A stretch of 53,116 nt of DNA, the filler included, from Jimgerdemannia flammicorona (taxonomy: Eukaryota): assembly GCA_003990765.1 (NCBI GenBank). It is 2 parts of 2 records of this genome, joined end to end, with 100 filler letters (N's around TTAATTAATTAA, not from the genome) between each part and the next. Parts side by side here need not be neighbours in the genome. Positions count along the whole stretch, not along the records: positions 26,613 to 53,116 come from RBNJ01000723.1; 1 more part is not named here. One strand, given 5' to 3'. Shown in pieces: positions 37,172-50,532 of the stretch. The translations under genes were made by a program, and so were the position numbers. The first letter of the stretch is position 1. Each line of letters opens with the position of its first letter. The notes under the pieces are model-generated. The model did no database searches and was not told the origin of the DNA. It saw only the letters and a program-made list of their open reading frames with translations.

Positions 37172-38732
37172 GTATAATGGTGATCCCAGAATGATGACAT
37201 CAGCACAGGAGACAGTCTTTCCTTGCAAGCCACCAGATCGGAGCACAAGAAGATCATATGGTATATGAGATGAGTAATAATGACCAACTGTGAGTCATTG
37301 TGACCACAGTTGAGTATTTTGAGGAATATAAAAGAAGAATCAAGAAACTGCAGTAGTAGCAACCAACAAGACCCACCAATCCCAAAATAGCTCAAAGACT
37401 TACTACAAATAAAATGTCTGCTGCTCACCAAACCTCAAAGTCAAGAAACTACCAAGGCATCTCAGTTGAAGAAAGGATGTTCCAAGACATCAGAAAAGCC
37501 ATAAGGACCCACTCAAGAAGGACTCCTAGTGTCAATCTGAGTACTAGTGACCCTTATCACTATATCCTCTATTACTATTGCTACCAAATACCTCCAAATA
37601 TAGTAGGAGTACAAAATAGAAAATCTCCTCTGCTGGGATTTCCCACAGACCTGCCCCCAAGAGCTATAAGATATCACTCCTATGGATATATATAAGGTAA
37701 GGACAGCTAAGAAGATCTATCAGATCTTCAGGCATGCACCATGGTCAATCCCCAACTTGGAGTATGTTAGAGTTTCAGACTTCAGAGACCTGTTATCTTA
37801 CCATATCAATGCACTAGAAGCCAGGGTAGCTACAGAAGCCCAGTCCACTATTACCTTCAATAGTGATGAAGTAGAAGACTTCTGGCATTCCATTCTTCAG
37901 GACAACCTAGACCAATTCCTGCAAGGATTGATCTCAGTATTCCAAGGCCCAAGCATCTAGGTTAGACCCACATTTGTCTCCTATTTTGTGGAAGAGAACC
38001 TCATAGATTGAAGAGCCCCTGATTTCCCCACTACTGAATGTGATGACATCATCAGTGATGATGTCATCCCGTATGACATATGTAAAATGTGCAATGAAAC
38101 ACATGAAGTATACAAAATATATGATGATGATGACCACACAGATGAGATATTCATGGACCTCATCTCCTTCAAAGACATTCTGATCTCTGAGAATGAAGCC
38201 CCCATGGTCTTGAACATTCTACTCTAAGTCCCTTAGTTATACTGAATAATGCCAGCACTGGCATTTTGATGTAATACTGAATAATACCAGCACTGGCATT
38301 TTGATGTAACACTGAATAATACCAGCACTGGTATTCTGATGTGATACTGAATTATACCAGCATTCTGAACCTATATAACCATCAGTACCAACTCTAGAAT
38401 TTCTTAGTTTTTCCTGTCTTGGTATTTTATTTTAGTTATTGAAATTTATATTTAGCTTTATATCTTAGCAACCATTGAATTATATTTTGTATAAATATCC
38501 CTCTTATTTCCTCTGAAATAAAGTCAGTTCTGGTTCACTTATATATATATAATTCCTTACAAGCAATCTAAGAGGTAACAAGACAGTTAAAGATAAGAAG
38601 TTTGAAGACTATAAGACCTTGAGAAGGTACTCCAATAAGAACTTGCTTATAACAAACTTGAGTTAGTCTAAGAGATATATCTTGAAGAGAATCTGGCATA
38701 TTTGAAGAACTCAGCGACCACTATATGACAAC
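37172..38732 (+). repeat. Long direct repeat of ~44425-46019 (extra-ORF region plus LTR) preceding Gypsy-3
   Basis: Collinear match including translated RVSDFRDL, ISVFQGPSI and SENEA...LNILL, a 35-bp tandem repeat (38240-38360), TATA and AATAAA signals. Confidence 0.9.
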
Positions 38733-41700
38733 TTAGTACTCATTGGCTGGTGATTCAAGATGAATCCCTCACTTTTAAGCTGAAAAATGAACAACCCCCA
38801 CAACAACTACCCTGACTACAAGAGTCACCCTGCAAGAATTCAAGATAAGATAGAAATGCACCCCCCCATATTCTATAGATATACTACTGAAGAGTCAATC
38901 CTGACCTTTATTGAAGACTTTGAACAATTTGCCACTGTATGAGCCCTTGGTGTGGATGCACAATTGGCCCTTCTATCAGTCAGCCTCAGAGGACCTGCCA
39001 GAGACAAGTTCAATATAGCTACTATTACTGATAATAGTACAGCTAAACTTGCCAATATGAAGGCCTTCCTCAGAACAACATACTATACTGAAGAGATCAA
39101 GCAAGCTCTCAAGGATCAACTCAATACTATCTGCCAGAGACTCAGTGAAGATCCCAACTCATTCTATACCTGAATCTGCCACCAGATTATCTTGGCTGGC
39201 TATGATGATACCCTCAAGGAACAAATAGCAGATTCAACCTTTCTCAAAGGAGTTCACCCTGAAATTGCCTTAGCAATCCAGTCTACCCCAGCTACACTAA
39301 CCCTTGATCAGAAAGTGGTCTTTGCATAGAGATATTGGACTGTCAGACACCCTGCTGAACACTTAATGGAGAAAATAACTAATATCAAGATAGAGCTATT
39401 GAAGCCAACCAGTATCATATCTGCTATAGTTGTAAACAGATAACCATCCCCACCTACCCCCAAGACAACCAAAGCTGATCCAGTAGAGGAACTTGCCAAG
39501 TAGTTCACTAAAATAACTGCATATCTTAGTAATGTTATTAGAGAAGTCTGAAGTGCCAACAGGAGACCAGTGCAGAGATTTGCAGCTGCTATAGAAGAAT
39601 GCAATATCACATACTTCAGATGTGGAGAAGAAGACCACTATATAAAGAATTGTATGACCAAAATAAGATATAAAGCCCAACCAAGTAATACGAGCAGAAC
39701 TAGAGAACAAATCAATACAGTAATCATCAAGGAGATTGGTGACACTGATGATGAAGAATACTATGAGGAGCTTGAATTCTACTCTGCTACTGAAGATACC
39801 AGAACCTGGTCCAAGCCCTATGACAAGAAGAGCAACAGCAAGCCAGTTGGAAGACCAAAGAAGACCCCAGCTGTTACAATATAAAGTAAGACCCAACCCA
39901 AGGAGATTGATCAAGATATGGAGTTAGATGAAGCTGCCTGCCAAATCATAGAAGGCACTACTCTAGTCTCAGGAGAAAGCAAAAGCAAGAAGGAACAGAA
40001 GCTGTGCAAGACCAAGATCCATCAGTATGATATTTATAAAGACCTCAAGGAACAGAAGGTCAATGCTACTTTTGGATAACTAGCTGAAGTCCCTGCCTTT
40101 AGACAACAGTTGAGAGTAGGACTTACAACTACTGCCAAGAATCAAGAGTACAAGATTGTAGAAGCTCACAATACACAGGAAGAATCTGAGAACTCAGATA
40201 AAGAATCTGAAGACCAGTACAAGACATCAGCCTATACCCTATATCAGATTGAAGATTGTATCTTTGATGTCATCATTGATACCAGTGCTAGAGGATACTT
40301 CATAAGCAAGAAGGCAATTGACTGCCTAGGTTGGGATATTGAAGAGTCCACCAAGATGGTCTATGTCACAGCAGATGGTACATGAGCTACCCCTCTTGGC
40401 AAAATCTGAGAAGTCCCCATCAAGATAGGAGGAGCTACTATCCCAGTAGATATGATTGTTACAAGCACCACTAACTATGATATCCTCATTGGCAATCAAT
40501 GACTTCATAAGGCCAGAGCTATCATTGATCTCAATGCCCAGAAGATACAGATCAATTATAGAGAAAGAAAGGTATGAGTCTCTATCAATGTCCATAAAGA
40601 AGTTCTACCAGACATAGAGGAAGGAGATGAAGAGGACACAGAAGTCTTCATATACTCAGTGAACAAGAACAAGAATAAGACACTCAAGCTCATAGATGAG
40701 TAGTAGTATAACAAGATCATTGATGGCTATATCCCTCAAGGAAGATGCCCCCATGGTATTAGGATGTACTGCTCTAAACATCTGAATGACTGCTGGTCCT
40801 GTATCAGTGAAGTCAGGAAAATCCACCAACAGAAATATGAGCAAGAAGCTACCAAAGCAAAAAGGAAAGCCGGAAAAAATGACCAGCTCCCTGAGCTTCA
40901 AGCTGACAGTGACGATGAGGAGGAACAAGAATCAGACATCACCCTCAAGGTTAAGAAGTTTCACCCTGAAGCCAAGATCCCAGAATACAAGACTGAAGAA
41001 ACCATAGGAATGGACCTTGCCAGCATTCAAGATACTACTCTTGAACCACAGACCACCACCCTACTTGGCACTGGAATTGGAGTCAAGCTGCCAGAAAACT
41101 ATACCAGAATTATCAAGACCAGGAACAGTCTGGCCAAGAGCGAAATCTCAGTTGAAGGAGAAGTAATTGACCCTGATTATACTGACAAGATCTTTCTCAT
41201 AGTCAGAAATCACAACCCCACCACTCCATTCAAAGTCAAGAAGTATGACAGGATTGGCCAGATGCTGATCCATGAAATTAAGAAACCCAAGATCATTGAA
41301 GCCATTGAACTCATCAAGACCAAGAGAGGAGAACAAGGCTTTGGATCTACTGGAAGAGGAGTCTATACTGCCACCAAGATTACTGAACTTGAGCACAAGA
41401 AAGACAAGAACCAGAACAAGCACACATATACTATTGGAGAAAACTTTCCCCTAGAGGAACAACTTCTCAAGATCCTGCACCAGAACAAAGGAGTACTTGC
41501 TACAGACTTCAGGGATATCCACAATCAAGAACCCAAGTACTATCATAAAGTTGACACTAGTGATACCAAGCCCATCTACCAGAAAGCCAGACCCATACCA
41601 CCTACCTACAGAGAATGGCTGTGAGCAGAACTCAAGGAAATAGAAGAAGCCAGAATCATCAAACAAGCTATTAGTCTCTGGGCTTCACCCATTATCCTTG

Positions 41701-44700
41701 CTCCAAAGAAAGGAAGCAAGTCTGGAGAGTTTGCATCAAGACTCTGTATTGACTACAGGAAGCTCAATACCATCACCAAGAAGGATAGGCAGCCCTTGCC
41801 AAATATTCAAGAAATCCTTACCACTCTCAGAAGCAAAGCCAAATACTACACCACCTTGGATCTGTTCTCAGGCTTCCATCAGATTGGTCTCACTCAAGAT
41901 GCTAGTGAGAAATCAGCCTTTATCACACCTGATGCCACCTATATCTATCTGCAAATACCATTTGGAATGTGCAATATCCCAGCAAGTTTTCAGTAAATGA
42001 TGAACAGAATCTTCAGCAACAAGATTAGAAAATGGCTCTTTGTCTATGTTGATGATGTGATCATCTTCAGCAATACTGCATGGGAATATGTCAATCACAA
42101 TACAGCTAGCTTTCAAGAAGCTCAAAGAGCATGGCCTCTATATTAAGCCTAAGAAATATAAGTTTGCAGCTCAGGAAATTGCCTATCTAGGACATCCCAT
42201 CAACCAGACCAGAATCCACACAGACTTTATGAAGATTGAGGCTGTTGCAGCCTACTCGAGACCCAGAAAACCCACAGAAGTCCATGCCTTCCTTGGACTA
42301 GCCAGCTACTATAGAAGATTCATCAAAAGATATTCCAACATTGCAGCACTTATCTACAAGCTACTGAAGAAAGAAACTAAATTTAAATGGACCAAGGAGT
42401 ACTAAGAAATCTTCAATGAGCTCAAGACCAGGTTGACCCAAGTACCTATCCTCAGAAGACCAGATTGGAATCTAGAATTCATCCTGCAGACAGATGCAAG
42501 TGCTATAGGACTTAGAGTAGTCCTAGCTCAGAAGAAAGATGGACATGAATATGTCATCTCCTATGCAAGCCAAGGCACCCACAGAGCAGAACAGAACTAT
42601 GAGTCATATAAGCTCAAATACTTAGCAGTAGTTTGGGCAGTAGATAAGTTTCACTACTACCTAGCTAGAAAATACTTCACTATTCAAACAGACTATTCTG
42701 CTCTTGTCTGACTATTCCACACTCTAAACCCCAAAGGAATATATATCAGATGAATCTACAGGCTGCAAGAGTATGACTGTACTATCAAGCACTACTCAGG
42801 GAGAACCAATGCTGATATACTCTCAAGGACACCCTGAAACACCCCCATCAAGACTATTCAACATGAATAAGGAGCTATACTATGGATTAATTGGCTACCT
42901 TAGGCAGTAGAAGATGCCCAACCACCTCAAACTCTGGACAATTACCATCATCAACCAGACTTGGAAACAGTTTAAACTAGACAACATTATACTCAGAAAA
43001 AAAGAAAAGCTAGTAATACCTGAATACAAGAAGTATCAAGTAATGAAGGAAGTACATGAGTAAGGATACTTAGGAGGAACTAACACATATGATAAGGTAA
43101 GAAGAACTATATGGTGGCCCAAGATAGAAGAAGGCCTGTGCCAATTTGTCAAAGAGTGTGATAAGTGCTAAAAACAGAAACAAGATCAGCAAGACCAGGT
43201 ATCTGGGTCATCAAGAATTGAGCCTATCCCCTTCCACCATATCACAATAGATATTATTGGGCCACTATTAGTAACACTATCAGGAAACTACTATATTATA
43301 GTTATTATAGACCTCTTTACCAAATGGATAGAAGCAGGAGCATTACAAGAAACCAATGCCCTCTCTATAGCTGACTTCTTGTACTGAAAAATTATCTGCC
43401 GCTACAAGACACCAAAGAAAATCACAACAGACTATAGCACAGAATTTGTCAATAGATTCCATGAGATAATATATCAGAAATACAAGATTCAGTACATCAA
43501 GACCACTACATACCACTCTCAAGGAAATGGACAGACAGAGAGAACCAATAAGACCCTCAAGAACATTCTGACAAAGATCTCAGAGACATATGAGAATTGG
43601 GATAACTATCTTCCAACTGCCCTCTCTGTTTTACAAAATATATAATCACAGAGCACAAACTTTACCCCAAGAGAACTGCTCTTTGGAGAAGATTCTGACA
43701 GAATCTCAGCTACAAATCTAGATCTAACTTGGAGATGAGTTGATGCAGAAATCTGGAGACTATACCAAATCAGGAAGAAGGCTGAAGATTATATTATCAA
43801 GTCACAAGTGCTGACAAGAAAGAATGTGGAAAAGAATTACAAGACCCTAGAACCCATCTGAATCAGAGAAAAGGTCCTACTATATCGAAATATGGTAGAA
43901 GCCTCATGGTCATGAAAACTGGAGCCCAAATGGGAAGAACTCTTCTATATGTAAGATATCAAGGAAACTATCTTCTGGCTTAGAAAAATCTCAGGGACCA
44001 TACTGCCTATCATGGTACATAGGAACAGACTCAAGAAGTACCATGAACCTATACAAGAGAAGCAAAACATAATGACCACCTGTGAGGTTCTAGTCTGCAA
44101 ATTGTAACAGCATGTCCTATGACCAGCAGGCTATCTGTCTGGACTATTCTCTAAGAGATACAGTACCAGCAACTACTCATCCATGAGACTTTCAAAGCCA
44201 GAGGAGTTCAAACCATCAACTGATTAGTTAAGATCAGAATCAGGCCCTTGCTCTATATGAAGGGAATGACCCTTCACTATCACACCAAAATATATAGGGA
44301 AGACACCAGCCCATAAATACTACTTTTTAACCCCTTGCCAGAGGTTATAGGATCAGCAAATTTTTCAGGACTGGACCAATGAATAAGGATATGTACTCGA
44401 GAAGATTCTTATTCAGAAGGAAGATATAATAGTGACCCCAGAATAATGATATCAGCACAGGAGACAGTCTTTCCTTACAAGCCACCAGATCAGAGCACAA
44501 GAAGATCATATGACATATGAGATGAGTAATAATGATCAACTGTGAGTCATTGTGACTATAGTTGAGTATTTTGAGGAATATAAAAGGAGAATCAAGGAAC
44601 TGCAGTAGCAGTAACCAACAAGACCCACTAATCCCAAAATAGCTCAAAGACTTACTATAAACAAAATACCTGCTGCTCACCAAATCTCAAGGTCAAGAAA

Positions 44701-46019
44701 TCACCAAGGCATCTCAATTGAAGAAAGGATATTCCTAGACATCAGAAGAGCCATAAGGACCTGCTCAAGAAGAACTCCTAGTGTCAATCTGGGTACTGGT
44801 GACCCTTATCACTATATTCTCTATCACTATGAAATAGAAAAAAGGATCATCATTACTACCAAATGCTTCTAAATATGGCAGGAGTACAAAATAGGAAATC
44901 TTCTCTACCAGGAGTTCTCACAGACCAGTCCCCAAGAGCTACAAGATGCCACTCCTATGGATATACATGAGATAAAGATAGCTAAGAAGATTCATCAGAT
45001 CTTCAGGCATGCACCATAGTCGATCTCTAACTTGGAGTATGTTAGAGTCTCAGACTTCAGAGACCTGTCATCCTGCCATATTAATATACTAGAAGCCAGA
45101 GTGGCTACAGAAGCCCAGTCCACTATCACTCTCAATAGTGATGAAGTAGAAAACTTCTGATATCCCATCCTTCAGGACAACTCAGACCAATTTCTGCAAG
45201 GATTGATCTCAGTATTCCAAGGTCCAAGCATCCAGGTTAGACCCCCCCAAGACCTCACATTTGTCCCCTATTTTGTGAAAGAGAATCTCATAGATTGGAG
45301 AGCCTCTAATTTCCCTGTTGCTGAATATAATGATATCATCAGCAATAATATCATCTCACATGATATATGTGAAACACATAACAAAACATGTAAAGTACAT
45401 AAAATATGCGATGACAACAACCACACAGATGAGATGTTTGTAGACCTCATCATCTTCGAAGATATCCTGACCTCTGAGAATGAAGCCTCTATAGTCTTGA
45501 ATATTCTGCTCTAAGTCTCTTAGTTACACTGAATAATGCCAGCACCAGCATTTTGATGTAACACTGAATAATATCAGCACTAGTATTTTGATGTAATACT
45601 GAATAATGCCAGCACCAGTATTCTGATGTGATACCAAATTATACTAGCATCCTGAACCTATACAACCATCAGTACTGACTCTGGAACTTCCCAGTTTTTT
45701 CTATCCTGGCATTTTATTTTAGTTATTGGAATTTATATTTAGCTTTATATCTTAGCAACCATTGAATTATATTTTGTATAAATACCCCTCTTATTTCTTC
45801 TGAAATAAAGTCAGTTCTGGTTCACTTATATATATATAATCCCTTACAAGTAATCTAAGAGATAACAAGACAGTTAAAGATAAGATATTTGAGGACTATA
45901 AGACCTTAGGAAGATACTTCAATAAGAACTTGCTTATAACAAACTTGAGTTAGTCTAAGAGATATATCTTGAAGAAAATCTGATATATTTGAAGGACTCA
46001 GTGACTACTATGTGATAAC
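38228..46019 (+). mobile_element. Decayed Ty3/Gypsy (Gypsy-3): gag-protease-dUTPase-RT-RNase H-integrase-extra ORF, flanked by direct repeats
   Basis: gag (FIEDFEQFA; ICQRLSEDPNSFY; knuckle remnant YFRCGEEDHYIKNC), protease VIIDTSA, RT LCIDYRKLN, LDLFSGFHQI and VYVDDV, RNase H LQTDASAIGL, integrase IDIIGPL and GNGQTERTNKTLK. Exact LTR start unresolved. Confidence 0.92.
40945..41355 (+). pseudogene. dUTPase domain of Gypsy-3, between protease and RT
   Basis: VKKFHPEAKIP, IGMDL, LGTGIGV, TRNSLA, VIDPDY, DRIGQMLI, RGEQGFGSTG. Confidence 0.93.
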
Positions 46020-46208
46020 AGACAAATTTATCTATATTATAGCCTAAGAGTTAGATATTCTTTTTCTTCTGAAATAAGCTTAATATTCTTCTTATTTATA
46101 GAATTCAGATCTATTAGAGTTAATCTTACTATCTTAAATTAGTTTTTATAGTAGTTTTTAAAGTTATTCTTTTTATAGTATTCTAGTTCAAAATAATGGC
46201 TATAAATA

Positions 46209-46638
46209 TAGTACTCTTAAATAAATCAAATCAATTTGAATTAAATCGAATTAAGGATCATTCAAATTAAATTAAATTGAAGATTTTTAAATTTAAATTA
46301 AATTAGATTAGAGTCTGATTTGGTTTGAAATATTTATCTCAAATTTAAAATATAACAACTCAATAGAAATATATTCAAATTTAATATTTTTTTATTATAC
46401 TAGATTCTTTATCATAAGATATATTAAATATGCTAAAATTTATTAAATTTAAATATATTTTGGTCAAGTTATTGAATTTTGAAAAATTAGATTCAAATTA
46501 GACTTTGAATTAAATTGAATCTCAATTTAATTTGAATTGAATTAAATTATATAAATTGATTCTTAATTTAATTTGAATATTTTAAATCAAATCAAATTAA
46601 AGACAAATTTAATTTAATTTAATTTGTTCTGAGTACTA
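46209..46638. mobile_element. Old, AT-shifted hAT-family MITE
   Basis: Degenerate TIRs TAGTACTC / GAGTACTA; near-TSD TATAAATA / TATAGATA; same subterminal repeat layout as 35112-35498. Confidence 0.75.
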
Positions 46639-47978
46639 TATAGATAATAATATTAAATCTATTAGCAATCCTTATGATTTCTTTAAGAGAGCTTAGTTCT
46701 TTTAGCTCAATCTTGACTTATATATTTTCTTTTATATAGATCTCAGATATAGTAGTTTATCTTCTTATTTTCTATAATATTAGATAATTTTAAAAGAATT
46801 AATAGAAATTATGTATTATAACTTTATATAAACTTAAGTTACTTAATATTTACTAGTTTATCTCTAGTTAGTTTAATAGTATTAGTAGGCTTGAACTATT
46901 TATAAAGAGCCTCCTTAAATATTATCTATTCTTTAATACTTATTTCTTGATAGATAGAGATAGTTATAATATAATTATACCAATAGATATTTAATTATAT
47001 ATAATATATATACTGAATCTGATTTTCAAATTTAGTATAATATATAGTTAATAATTACAAAGTTTGATATAATATTAAGATAATATAAAATAATATTTAA
47101 GATAATGTTTAAAATAATATAAAAGATAAATTACTTATATATAACTTAGCCACTATATAGCTAGCAAACTTATATAAATATCTCTAGTATTTAAAGTAAA
47201 TAAATCTTAGATAAAAATAGTTCAAAGTAAAGAAACTAATACATAAGTCTACAGGTAGATATATCTTCAAACTTACTTCTATACTCTTATTAAGAACTCT
47301 GAGAAGTCAAAAAAAAAGATAAAAAAATCTGCTATACTTCTCAGATTAAGTATCTGTTATATTATATTATATAGAAAATATAAACTATAAATCTAACTAT
47401 CTATTATTTATTTATTTATTTATTTATTATTATTATCTAACAATAAGAGAGCTTCAAGTTAATGCTGATGAAAGACAAGATATATATGATAATATAGTAA
47501 TTTTATATCCATAAATATACTGGGCTTCACTTGATAGAGCTACTCTTAGAGATATTAGTTGATTTAAGACAGTGATAGCTAGTAATAACATCTTGTCTAT
47601 TTGGGTCCATCTCAAGCCATCCGATGTATAGCATTAATGATATATTACTTATTATTTTGTGCGTGACACTTTTCCCCCTTTTTTATTTGCACCTCTTTTT
47701 TGATGAAATTATTTGATGAGGATCCTGTAATGTGAAGAAATTATCTGTTGTCAATCCATCACGTAGCGATCTCCAGACCATAGAATTAAGCAGGTTTATT
47801 ACTTCGACCTGAGCGTACAAGCAAGCAAGATTTATTATTCTACTATTAAAAGTATTACAATCCTATGTATCACACAAAAGTTCATTCGCGAGCGCTCATG
47901 AAGGGCGATTGACGACGTCGAAACCAGTGCACAGAGTGCAGATCTAGATTTCCAACGGTTCACCATATCCGCTTACGC

Positions 47979-48941
47979 TTAGAACAGCGTGACGACGAAG
48001 GCGGCGACGCCAACAAGAGCGAGGACGGTCTTGCTCACGCTCACGCTGAGGCCCGAGGCATTAGTGGTCCTGTTCGGTGGGACCGAGGTCGAAGCCGAGG
48101 AGGAACCGCTGGAGGTAGCCACGCTGCCCCCACTGGGGTTGAGTATGAGGGTGGAGCTGGCGGCAGGGGCCTGGGGGCGGATAGTAATATTGAAGACGAG
48201 CTTGGTGTTGGTGTCGATGGAGAGGAAGGTGACCTATTGAGGTGGTGTGCAGAAAAGAGGGATGAGAGAGGCAAAAATAATGTCTTAGCCATGCATATCG
48301 AATCTCAGGGAATGATCTTCCTTTTCACCCATAGTTGTCATCAACCAACCCCTATTTTCCTAATTTCATTTCGATAAAACATACATAGTAAGGGCCGGCC
48401 GGGGTCGTGGCGGGGATCGGGTAATTGACCTGGTGCTCCCAGAAGGTGACATTGCCGTTCGTTTTCGCGAATTGCTGGGTCGTGGAAACATCAGCGGAAG
48501 AGATGATGGTGACGGCGGTGAAGTTGGCAGCCGGATCAGCGCTCAGTGTAATCGAGATCTGGAGACCTGAAAGCGTTTGGGAAGTCGGTTGTGTGCGTGT
48601 GTGTGTGTGTGTGTATGTGTGTGTGTGAATGGTGCGGTTCGGAATGAGAAGGTGAATAGAGCGTGGTCAGTCCGTGGGGAACCATCTTAATTGCGATAAT
48701 TGACTTCCGTATGTCTGTCACTTGAGCGACAGCTCTAAGACATGTCGAGGAACTCACCGGTGGTATCTTGTGTCAGGATCTGGTAGGTGCAGGGCAAGGT
48801 TTGGCCAGCGACATAGGGACCGTTTTGGATGGGAGAGGTGACATTGTAGTTCTTCATGGGAGACGTGACTGGAACCGTGGTTTGGGCGGTAACCATAGAG
48901 GCGGCAGCGAGAACGGCAGCGATAGTGGCGATGAGCTTCAT
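47979..48941 (-). CDS. Secreted, probably GPI-anchored Ser/Thr-rich cell-surface protein, ~206 aa (exons 48941-48758, 48566-48385, 48233-47979)
   Basis: Signal peptide MKLIATIAAVLAAASMVTA; NVTSP...AGQTL beta-rich domain; Ser/Thr linker; hydrophobic C-terminus VLALVGVAAFVVTLF*; two in-phase GT-AG introns. Confidence 0.88.
48590..48627. repeat. (GT/AC)n microsatellite in intron 1
   Basis: Near-perfect dinucleotide run. Confidence 0.95.
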
Positions 48942-50532
48942 GGTAACTTTCTTTGTTTGGTTGGTTGGAGTACAGGATAAGAAAGTAAAAGAAGAAAGAA
49001 AAGGATAAAGGTGTAGAGACAGGGGGGAGAGAGTATTATTTAGCCTACGGATAAAAATAGCAATGACACCATGTCTGACCTTTCCTCTCTTTGGGTCCAA
49101 AATTTCGGTGTGCCACCAATCCGCGCTGATTTTCATATCGAACAGGTCTTGACCAAATTGACCACCGAACCCGCCCACCGACGCCTGGTCGCATGCGGTT
49201 ATCCCTAAGAAGTTCGCCCCGAGCAAAACCATGCTTCTTGTTCACGAGGGGGATCTCGTGGTTCTGCAGACAAAAATCGAATTTCGAAGGTAGATCGGCC
49301 TCCGCGATCAAGTTCACAAAAAGGAGTTCTCACGATCTTGCACAGGTGTCAAATCTTGAAACTACAAAGTTAATGTACGCGGAACTTCGAGTGCTCCGAA
49401 CCAGCTCAGCCCGGGAATACCAATATCCGCACCATTTTCCTCTTCAAGAGAGCAAAATATAGCATGAACCTCGCAAATAGACAAAGCCGATATATAGCTT
49501 TCGGCAAAATTTATAGTGGGCAAAACTCGCCATATCTGGCAGTCATTTTCTTGGCAAACGCCAAAAATGTCGAGCTGGCGACTTTACTCATGTTCAAGGG
49601 CAGCACATCTAAATAATCTTTTGCCTTTTCAAAGAGTCGACTAAACACCAACCCGTCATATTCTACATCCGCATTCAGAACCTGTTGATAGAAGCAGTGC
49701 CAATCTCCATGTCGTTACAAATGTGCGTATGTGGAACACAAGCACATCCATATCGGTTGCCTTTCATTCATTGTTCGTATCACATATTATTGGATGCTTG
49801 CATTACCATCGGGCCCGTTTCCTTCTGATACTGCATAGATAATCTCGTGAATAATCATGTGATGTTACCAGGTGTGTAATTAGAGCTCCAATGACTACTA
49901 TAGGTATTGTATGACAACATGATAACACTCAACACCTGATGGCGAAGAAGCGGCGACGCGAGACGTGCGGTTGCTACTATATGCAGGAAGGCCTAGACAT
50001 GGGATAACAAATGTCCTCTACGTTCAGGTGAAAGCATTTTTTCCTTTGGAGAGGAGAGACCATTTTTGGACCACGATCGGAGTTTGCGGGAGTTGAATTA
50101 TCCGACAGCCTATAATCAGGCACTCTGTCAACATTGTTAGGTTGAAGGCTTCTTCCTCGAGTTAGCTCACGGTGCCGTCGTCTTCACGGGGCGGGGTGGA
50201 GAGAAGGAAGAGTGACGTGACTAAGTAGGGACCTTCCGCGTCACGTGAGTAGTCGAGGTATGTGTTCACACCAAAAGTAGTTAATTTAATAATCACTATC
50301 ACCGAAGGAAGTATCAGTTTGTATGGTTCATCGTTACCTGTTGATATCTTTTACGGTTCACGCCATCTCGCTATTCTGAAATTTTCCACCCACCCTCCGA
50401 CCCGCTCTTGTTTTTGTCGTCTCACACGAAATCCGATTTATTTTTAAAACTGAACCCATGGCACACGTTTATTTTCCCAGTGTGTTTTTGATCTTCCACG
50501 ACTCCAATCACAACTACTACCACTGGCAAAGA

